64,000 nucleotides of DNA from Octopus sinensis (lineage: Eukaryota). The stretch lies in NCBI RefSeq assembly GCF_006345805.1, contig NC_043023.1:18042001-18106000 (forward strand), in the 5' to 3' direction. The notes below the pieces were generated by a model. That model was given only the letters and a program-made list of their open reading frames with translations, did not search any database and was not told the origin of the DNA. The translations under genes were made by a program, and so were the position numbers. Shown one piece after another: positions 52,504 through 64,000 of the stretch; the first letter of the stretch is position 1; each line of letters begins with the position of its first letter.

Positions 52504-54855
52504 TTTAATCTCCACAAAATGAGCTTAGTCTATACGATATTTAGGGTGACCACAACCCTTCCGAAAAAGGTATGAGTGTGAGTATGTAAGTATGTATGTA
52601 TTCTTTTATCCGTTTACTTGTTTCACTTATTTGAGTGCGGCCATGCTAGAGCAACAGCTTGAAGCGTTTTAGTGGAACAAATCGACCTTAGAACGGATTT
52701 GTTTTAGAAAAAAGCCTGGCACGTGTCCTATCGGTCTTATTTACAAAACCGCTAAGTTACGAGTCGTACACACAACAATACCGGTTGTTAAACGGTGATG
52801 AGGAGGAAACAGACACAGACGCAGAGACATATACATACACACATGCACACACATACGCATACACATACACACATGTATTTTTCCTAAATATCAAACTAAT
52901 ACACTTGCTTATTATTCCTACATCTGACTTCGGCTTTTGTTTTTTCTATAAATTTCAACTATATATATATATATATAATAACAAAGGGTAAAATTAATTA
53001 ATTAAGAAGTAATTAATAATTTCACCAAGTAGAATTCGGCAAGAAAAAAGGACCATTTAACGGGAAACTTAAGTAATACTTTATAATTGGGGTTCAGCAA
53101 GGATTTGCTTTACCGCATACCGAAGTTTCTAATCTTCGGTATGTATGTATGAATGCATGTATGTATATATGTATGTACGTATATATGTAAGTATGTATGT
53201 ATGCATGCATATATGTACGTATGTATGTGTGTATATATGAATGTGTTTGTGTGTGTATGTATGAATTTAAATATTTAGGTATGAATTTTTTCCGTATAAA
53301 AATAGAAAAAAAAAGATTTGTTTACGAAGATAAAATGTTTGTATGGAAATGGGCGGACAGATTGTGGTGTTGGTTGTGGTCACGTTGGTGATTACGTATA
53401 GAGAGAAATAGAGAGAGAGAAAGAGAGAAAGAGAGAAAGAATGTAGCAATGAATAGGAGTTGTGGGAGAGATATTTTTCAGTGTGTGGTTATTTGAGACA
53501 GGTTGTCTCTGTCTACTCGCTAACACACACGCTATAATATACACACATATACCTTTAATCAAACATACATTCACACTACACACATATATACACACACATA
53601 CATGATATACCATGACAATACAACATACACACTTACACATACACACGTTTAAACAAAGTTACACGCACAGGACAAAATAACACCCACACGTTTATAATCT
53701 TCGTCCAGGCATTTCATAATTGCGTAGCGACCGTTGCAGGAGTCAAAAATCTCTCTCCTGTTTGAATATTCTGAACATTCAAGAGACAGAAAAACTTCAG
53801 CCTGAATTCGAAACACTTTCAATTTGGTGAATATTATTTCATAATTACTTTAATTAACAACATACTAACACATTTACATAGCAAAATATTTATTAGAGCT
53901 ATTTCAAACCTAAATATATCTCTATAATAAATTGTTTTGTATTCCAGGATTTTATAGAAACAGTTTACAAGCGTTAAATTACACGTATAACATTTTTAGT
54001 CAAATATACTTCAGTTAAAACAACGGAAAAAAATTTATTTGATGGAAATTAATGAAATGAAAATATTCATCTAATTATACACTATTTTATGTAGTTTCCA
54101 GTGAATTTCTAATTCTGAAGTGAAATTCTAAATTTATTTAACGACTCATTTAATTGATCTTTTCCTTCGTTCTTTAAAACGATTTCTGTTTTAATATTCA
54201 TTTAATTTTGCATCTAAATGTAATTGCTCTGGTAATTTAAATAATATTTACATCTTGTAGAAAACAGTATGAATTGTTTAAACATTTAAAAAGTGGTTGA
54301 CAGCATACATTTCTCTCTCCACATCTTTATACTATGTTAACATTTTAATGTGGAATGCATTAAATATGTTTTCTCATAATCTTAAACATTATTTATCAGA
54401 TGGATGGGTTCTGAGAATTCCATCACATTGTCTAGAATTATTATAAACTCTATTACTAACGCACAGCGGAGTTTATAAACTGCTGCGTGAATTAAACCAG
54501 TTTGACAATGACAAGTTATGGGACGGTCTAAGTCCATAGGGTTACAAGACAAGAATTAAAGCTCAACAACAGAAACCATATCTTTAATATATTTTAAACT
54601 AAAATAATTGTTAAATTTCGAAAATAATTATTAATTATAAAAATTACGGCAATGTTTGAATATTTCAACTTCATAAATTGTATCCTGACATTTCAATACT
54701 TAAAATTCTCTGAAGTCTTAAAAGATTAGATTTTAAATACATTTTACAGGTTATATTTTTATATTATTTTTGAATTAATAGTCTATGTAATAATTAGCTT
54801 TAAATTTAGAAAGTATTGCTACTTTCTCTGGAATTAACAGCAGAATAGATGAATA

Positions 54856-57170
<2,315 letters not shown>

Positions 57171-57479
57171 ACATCCATAGGAGCACTCCGTCGGTTACGA
57201 CGACGAGGGTCCCACAAGCTGATGCGATCATCAGGACAGCTTGCTCGTGAGATTAATGTGCAAGTGGCTGAGCACTCCACAGACCTCATACCCCTTCACA
57301 TATTTCTTTTGATATAATTTAATGCAATCTCTACAATAAATCTCTGCCTTTAGCTAAAAAAAGGAGATATTTTACAATAAATTTTAATATTATGTGTATA
57401 ATTGACAAGTGCCGATTAATATTCATGAATGCAGTAACAGATTCCATTCGTCTAGCTCCCTTCAGAGCTTCAAACTTTG

Positions 57480-57690
57480 TGCTGTGCTTCTAAAGAAGTG
57501 GATCTCTGTTATTCATTGGTTGATAGCATCTACGCCTCTTTCTATAATCCTGGTGCGATATTTCCCTTGGCAACATTGACTTTGTTGGAATAAAGCCCTG
57601 GGTGATGTGGTCTTGAGGAAATGTTTTTCAGTCTGTGGTGAATCTGTCTTCTAGTTGATCTGATGTATGTGGCTTCACAAGACTACACGT
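57480..57690 (-). mobile_element. Decayed Penelope GIY-YIG remnant
   Basis: SCEATYIRSTRRQIHHRLK and IIERGVDAIN...ITE resemble the PLE endonuclease. Confidence 0.55.
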
Positions 57691-57879
57691 CTGGTTGACC
57701 ACTTTTGAATTTAAACAAAGCCAGAGAGGCAGATCTTCTGATGCTGTTTTTCAACTTATTTTCCCTTCAATGTAGACCCAGTGTTTATTTCAATGCCTCT
57801 GCTTCCTCCATTTCTTCCCTTTCTTATTCTTCTCTTCGCCTACATAATTAAGTCTATGTGCATGTGTGTGTAATATATA

Positions 57880-58200
57880 CTAGCAGTCACCCGACCTTTG
57901 ACCCAGTGTGTACCGTATACTCTGTTAAGCTGGCTTTTCTAATGGCTTGAGACTCGAACATTTGTCATTTCTTCTCTGGTGTATCTTGTTCCCTCCAGCA
58001 GGCTTGCCTAGTTGATTGAAACTGATGTTTTACTTCCTATTGCTGCTGTGTCTCTACGACATTTCTTTGTCTTCGACACTCGTGCCAGTCCTGCCTTTCT
58101 TCTTGTGTCTCCATAGACCTTCAAAGTCGGTGCTTTGAGCTTCAGATGATTGAAAAGATATTATATTGTCTTCTACGCATCATACTGAATGTTCTGAAGT
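57880..58200 (-). mobile_element. Helitron-like non-autonomous fragment; second 3' end at 59285
   Basis: ta-CTAG-cagtcacccgacc and ta-CTAG-cagccactcggcc; ETQEERQ-type repeat remnant on the minus strand. Confidence 0.5.
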
Positions 58201-58682
58201 CAAATATCTAAAACAAATCCACAATAAATCCCGTAACATGCAATTCCTTTTTGTTGTTTCTAAATTCAATCTCGTGACTTTATTTCATTCGTTTACCAAA
58301 CTTCATAAAAATTGATTCAATAATTTTTTATTTATCATTATACATCTATATGTATGTGTGTGTATGTGTTTGCATACATTCATACATACGCATACATATT
58401 TATATACACCTATGCGTGTATTGGCATATGCTTCTGTGAGTATGTGTAAGTGAGTGTGTAAATGTGTGTTCGTGCCTGTATGTTTCTTTACATTTCGTTC
58501 ATTGATGAATTGTGTAAAAATTATATTCATGTTAGAAAAGAAAAGGTTTTGAAAACTAATTAATTTAATATTGACAAACAATAAAGAAGTGAAATTGAAC
58601 CAGTGCGTGTGTTAATGATATTGGCATAATGACTCCCTGGACACTACAAAATTCATATATGTATTTATATGTGTATTTAGTC

Positions 58683-58990
58683 ACAGGAATGGCTGTGTGG
58701 TAAGAAGCTTGCTTCCCCACCACATGGTTCTGCGCTCAATTCCTTGAAACCTTGAGATTGAATTTGGTAGATGGAAAGTGAAAGAAGCCCGTCGCATATA
58801 TATACGTGTTTTATATGTACTCTTTATCATCGATTGGTGACCGGTGTTGGTGTGTTTACATCCCCATAAATTTGCGGTTCGCTTAAGAATACCGATAGAA
58901 AAAGTACTAGGCTGTCCGTGGGTCGATTTGTTCAACTAGAACCCTTCAAGGTAGTGCTACAGAATGGTCGCTGTCAAACGCCTGAAACAT
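58683..58990 (+). mobile_element. tRNA-derived SINE
   Basis: acaggaatggctgtgtggtaagaagcttgcttcccc...catggttctg...gaaagaagcccgtcgcatata, then the family tail. Confidence 0.8.
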
Positions 58991-59921
58991 TTAAAAAAAT
59001 TTAAAAAAGGAATATAAATATGTATGTGTGTGTGTAAAATTGATAAAGTCAAGTTTCATGTATTTAGCGTCTATAACTGTAACTCCATCCCACTGTTTTA
59101 GCTTTCTTTCTGACCTTTCCATAAATTATCTTTACAACTTCCACACTTCCGAACTTCAAATTGTAAAACCAGTGTTTATTTCAATGCCTCCGCTTCCTCC
59201 CTCTGTTATTAAGTCTGTGTTATTAAGTCTGCTATGTTATTAAGTCTGCTAGGCGTATGTATATATGTGTGTGTGTAATATATACTAGCAGCCACTCGGC
59301 CTTTGTCTCGGCGTGTAGTGTACACAAATGTATTCATCAAACATCTTTCGTAATGCTTATGTATTAAGATCTTAATTAAATGTTACTAGTCGATACTCTT
59401 CACAAGAAATAGTTTTAAATTCCAACCTTAAGTACACACATTCACATAGACACACACACACACACACACACAAATTTACAGAAAACAAAAGACGAAGACA
59501 GGTGAGGGCACAACGAAAAGGTGTATTAGTTTGACCCTCAGGAAAAAATGAGAAAGTCTTTGATGTTTAGAACCTACGCTCTTCGACAGAAAGGATTGAG
59601 GGGGAAATGGAGAGGGAACGAAAATAAAGGAGAGAGAGAAAATGTGAAGGTATTAACGGTTGAACATGATGAAATTTGCGGAAGTAAGAATCTGGGATAA
59701 AGAGGGGAAATAACGCTACCCCTGCTGAACTAGGTTGCGTAAGGGCGAGTGTGCATTTACGAAGGGTGTGTGGGTGTGCATGTTTAAATGGGAACGAGTG
59801 CGTTTGAATGTATGTGTGGGGGAGCTTAAAATTATGTGGGCCTGAGTGTGCGTAGGGAGCGTATGTGAGCGTATATCAACAGTATGCAGGGGTGTTATGA
59901 TAACGGTGTTACTGGTGAGTG

Positions 59922-60015
<94 letters not shown>

Positions 60016-60039
60016 CCAGTCTGTCATCTTCACGTCTGA

Positions 60040-60325
60040 CTTAAAGTCTTCTGAGTAGTCTCTTCCATTCGCACGGGTACCACTCTACAACTGTATGGGT
60101 TCACCGATGGTCTGTGAACCTTGCGACATGACCAGCCCATCGTAGATTTACTTAGTGGTTTTCGGCGATGATGTCCTTAACTCTAGTTCTATTCCAGATT
60201 TCCTCATTCCAGGTGTGATCTCGAAGCCAGATTCCCAACATCAGCGTTACAATGGATATCTGCTCTGTAAAAAGATGTTCCCTCTTCTTCAATGCCCAAG
60301 TCTAACATGTGTATAGCACTGCAGA
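60040..60325 (-). mobile_element. RTE LINE C-terminal fragment
   Basis: MLGIWLRDHTWNEEIWNRTRVKDII...LRWAGHVAR. Confidence 0.8.
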
Positions 60326-61660
60326 CTTGTCTGTTTCTATTTTAAGGTTAATTTTTTTTAATTAGTATATCCAAGAACGGGAGCTCCTTTTGGTTGTATT
60401 CCATTGTGAACTGTTTATTTGGGTTTATGCTGTTCAATAGGTTTTTAAATTTTAGGAGTTTATCTGTGTTTTCATTCCAGAGTATAAAACAATCGTCTAA
60501 GAATCGTTTCCTATTCTCTTTTATCCGTTCTTGGATATACTAATTAAAATAATTAACCTTAAAATAGAAATAGACATTTTTTACAAAGCCACAGACGCCA
60601 AACAATACCTTCTTTTTAATTAATGCCACCCAAGACACACTAAAACAAACATCCCCTTCAACCTTGCAAGAAGGATATGCACAATAGTGTCAGAACAAAA
60701 TACCAGGAACTTTAGACTGCAAGAACTCAAAAACACCCTAATTGACAGACATTACCTAGCTCAACTCATAGAGGATGGGATCAGACGTGCAACAGAAATC
60801 AACATAGAAACTTTAAGAAAAGTTCAACACAACAACACACCTTCCCCGAAAATACTACGTTACATATCTATATACAACCCCAGAAACAAAGAAGCCTTCA
60901 CCATCATCACCCAGAATTTACCAATACTTCATAAGGGCCCCAAATTAAAGAAAATTCTAAACGTACACCAAATCATTAAAAGTTACAAACAACCTAAATC
61001 ACGTAAAAAGATTCTCACAAAGGCAAAATTGTTTTCTGAAATTACGGATGCAAAAGTAAAAAAATGTGGTAGATCGAACTGTGCAACATGTCCAAACCTG
61101 CTAGAAGGATCAGAATTCCTCTTTAAAGAAGGACAGAAATTCAAGATCAATTCTAACTTTACTTGTGCCTCTGAAAACATAATTTATGTCATAAAATGCT
61201 CGGGCTGCCACCAAGACTACGTGGGATCTACGGGACTATCACTCAGACGTAGATGCACACTGCATCGACAACAGATTGCATTCCCAGAATACAGAATGAT
61301 ACCTTTTAGTGAGCACATTGAGAAATGCGCAAAGCAACTACTACCACAATTTTTAATCTTTCCATTTTACCAATGTACTATCGGATCATCAACACAAATT
61401 AGACTAAACAAGGAAACATTCTTCATTGAAAAGTACAAGCCCAGACTTAACCACTCCAACATACTGATACAGAGAAATTTACACCAAGGGAAAGGCAAAA
61501 AAATTTAAGCGATTATCTCCCTTACACCGGAAGAAATCACTCATTACCTCCCCTTATTTAGAACTCTTTTAAACATAAACATAACGATAACTCTGTTCAA
61601 CATGAACATAACGTCGTAAGAAATTTGAAAAGCTAAACGCGAAACCGGTCTTTCTTCTAA
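60325..61660 (+). mobile_element. Penelope-like element (Neptune-type) with inverted 5' segment
   Basis: Minus strand 60325-60515: RFLDDCFILW...FTME..KELPFLDI. Plus strand from 60522: PFLDILI...FYKATD..QYL, then ORF 60687-61508 with CGRSNCATC and NIIYVIKC.GC..DYVGST (GIY-YIG). Confidence 0.92.
61618..61656 (+). ncRNA. Degenerate type I hammerhead-ribozyme-like motif
   Basis: aagaaa-t-TTGAAAA-gc-taaac-gc-GAAA-ccgg-TC-tttctt, 110 nt after the PLE stop codon. Confidence 0.6.
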
Positions 61661-61781
61661 ACTATGTCATTGTAGGAAAACATTTTTTAATATTCTTCAG
61701 ACATATTGACTCAAATATATTTTTTAACCTTTAAGCCTTCTGTAGTTTTTTCACTTTTTACTATATATATATATATATCTA

Positions 61782-61819
<38 letters not shown>

Positions 61820-62060
61820 GGTACACGCACACACCCACACAAACACAAACACTTCATTTTGGCAGTTCTTTCACTGGGTACTTGCACAAGGTGTCATACA
61901 GTGGGACTAAACTGGTGGTTGGCGTTTGGAAGAGCATCCAGCTGTAAAATCCCTGCCAAAATAGACAGTAGCCTAGGGTACCTGGCCGACTCCTGTCATC
62001 CATCTTACTCATAAATGGATGAAACGTGGACGTCAAGTGGTGATGGCGATAATATATATA

Positions 62061-62146
<86 letters not shown>

Positions 62147-62174
62147 TTTATTTAAAGCAGCAGAAAATTCAACA

Positions 62175-62220
62175 AAACCTGTTACTCTGAGTTTCCCGTT
62201 GCCGTTCATCGGACAGTTTT
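62175..62220 (-). ncRNA. Type I hammerhead-ribozyme-like motif
   Basis: ctgt-CCGATGA-acg-gcaa-cgg-GAAA-ctcagag-TA-acag. Confidence 0.6.
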
Positions 62221-62823
62221 TGCTAGAATCAAACCCATATATATATATAAGGGAAATTTATCAAATGATTTTGAAATAGTCATAAAGATATTTGCAAAAA
62301 TCTACAAAGTAAGCACTTGTTGATAGCGTCTGATTTGATCTCATCTACTTTGTTAGGGTATCGACAAAGATCAATACAGGTGGTTCTATTGAACAAACTC
62401 TGTTTCATTGATTCTTTTACTAGTTTTCGTAAACTTACCTTTTTTTGAGAATCAGTTTGTCTTTGATATAAAGTCCCCTCCACCGTAGCTGGGGTATGAT
62501 CCACAGATTTATAGCTCAACATGTACGCTGCCTCTACGTAGCTGATCAACAGACTGTACATTCCAATATTGAGGGTTTAATAGTAACCAGTCAATCTGTA
62601 ATCTAACCTAGAAATACAATACAATAACTGTTGTTAGGTATATTAGTGTCAAGAAGAACATTCAGCTATGAATAATAACTTTAGATAAACTGAAGTTTAC
62701 AATATCAATGTTATCTTATGCAAGATTTTAGAACCATCATCTTCTGTTTATTGTTGTTTAACTCATTTTATAAGTTTTTCAAAACTGCTTTACTCTTTTT
62801 TTGACATCTTTTATTCAGAAGAC

Positions 62824-62901
62824 ATGGATTCAATTTTTACTAAAATTATAACTAATGATGTTAAAGGATTGAAAACTTTGATAGAGGAGAAGCCAGGCCA
62901 A
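62824..62901 (+). CDS. Candidate first coding exon of a downstream gene (possibly ankyrin-like)
   Basis: Pyrimidine tract and ttcag acceptor at 62818; ATG at 62824; MDSIFTKIITNDVKGLKTLIEEKPGQ; donor GTAAGT at 62902. Confidence 0.5.
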
Positions 62902-63068
62902 GTAAGTTGTTCTGTTTATTGCTTTCTCAAATTTGCCTATTTCTTTATTATTATATACGCAATTTGAAAACTTCAAACTAACTGCATATATTTCTCCATT
63001 GTATTTCATTTCTTTCTTCATCTCTTTCCTCAAATTGCCATTAATGTTATAATAAAATTATTGACCAA

Positions 63069-63290
63069 GGCAGTGAGTTGGCAGAATCGTTAGTACGCCA
63101 GGTGAAATGTTTTGCAGTATTTCGTCTGTGTTTACGTTCTGAGATCAAATTCCGCCGAGGTCGACTTTTATTGTCATCCTTTCTAGGTCGGTATATTAAG
63201 TACTAGTTGCCTTCTGCGGTTGGTCTAATCGACTGGCCCCCTCCACCAAAATGTCAGGCCTTGTGCCTTGAGTAGAAAAGAATATTATTC
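63069..63290 (+). mobile_element. Near full-length tRNA-derived SINE
   Basis: ggcagtgagttggcagaatcgttag (A box)...gagatcaaattccgccgaggtcgac (B-box-like)...ggccttgtgccttgagtagaaaag. Confidence 0.8.
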
Positions 63291-64000
63291 TTGACCAAAT
63301 TTTGAGCATGGCAAAGTAGATGGAATGTGAATGTGAGAGAAACCCACCATCACACACTGCAAGGGAGTATTCTGACATGAAAGTTTCAGATGAGATGAGA
63401 AACAGATGGAGTCCGTAGATGGATGGTGACTTTTTAAAGAAGTCCTCTTGCCATACACAGTCGAAGGTTTTACTGATGTCAAGGGCTACACTATTTTATG
63501 CAGATTTTGTCAAACATATGAAATATGAAAACACTGGTGTATCACACAGGTACAAAGCCCCTCTTGATATGGCTTTATAAAATTGTGCTGGTGTTCATTG
63601 AATAATGAAAGATACCTAAAGGAACAAATATGATGGTTGTTTGTGACTTTTTACTTCATAATTGAAACATTGGAAGTTAGAATGACTGGTTGGTAGTTAC
63701 TCGATAAGATATTGTCTGCAGGAATATTGAGCAGGATTTCCCAGTGAGGTCAGTTCTACCCATGTGTGGGGACGCTGTGGGAAAATATTATATGAGGTTA
63801 TGTATATATGAAACACAAAGAATGTATACCCGAGTTTACCTGAAGCTACGTATCAGCGGTTGGATCAGTAAAGAAAACTAAGTGGTGAAGCATCAAGTAT
63901 TCACTTATTCTGGTGAAGGTTCTATGGTAAGTAGTCACCCATGTCAAGACTAGGATCGAGAGGGAAATTAATCTGATCTGGTATTAACCGAATCGACATT

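Noticed and set aside
59560-59600. Minus-strand ctgtcgaagagcgtaggttctaaacatc as a hammerhead
   Set aside because: GAAA is lost and the core is atypical; too decayed to support from this copy.
62830-63033. Minus-strand 67-aa ORF MRKEMKK...
   Set aside because: It is antisense to a better-supported plus-strand exon and has no splice signals of its own.
63330-64000. Possible small plus-strand exons near 63520 and 63722
   Set aside because: Splice sites are weak and the peptides are unrecognisable; not supportable without the next window.

Overview
AT-rich, microsatellite-laden eukaryotic genomic DNA with a 100-N gap at 46578-46677. It is most likely from a coleoid cephalopod such as Octopus; this is an inference from the SINE families and the YHCDICGKSF-type zinc-finger remnant. 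The main gene is a plus-strand adhesion GPCR (HRM-GAIN/GPS-7TM). I assembled it by hand from 13 GT-AG exons (3025-30731, 2,018 nt, about 671 aa); all phases fit, there are no stops, the 5' exons lie upstream of the window, and 7 of the exons are absent from the ORF track. Its introns hold mariner, Gypsy, Penelope, R4/Dong and RTE remnants and a 126-bp satellite. Downstream lie a Helitron retaining both termini, a SINE-disrupted C2H2 zinc-finger pseudogene, CR1/RTE/Penelope elements, several degenerate hammerhead-ribozyme-like motifs at Penelope ends, a 180-bp near-perfect hairpin, an old inverted duplication with a kilobase purine tract, a 2.3-3 kb direct duplication with an unusually conserved core, and candidate orphan exons near the right end. 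No prokaryotic features (CRISPR, rRNA) are supported. All calls come from manual reading; no database searches were run.
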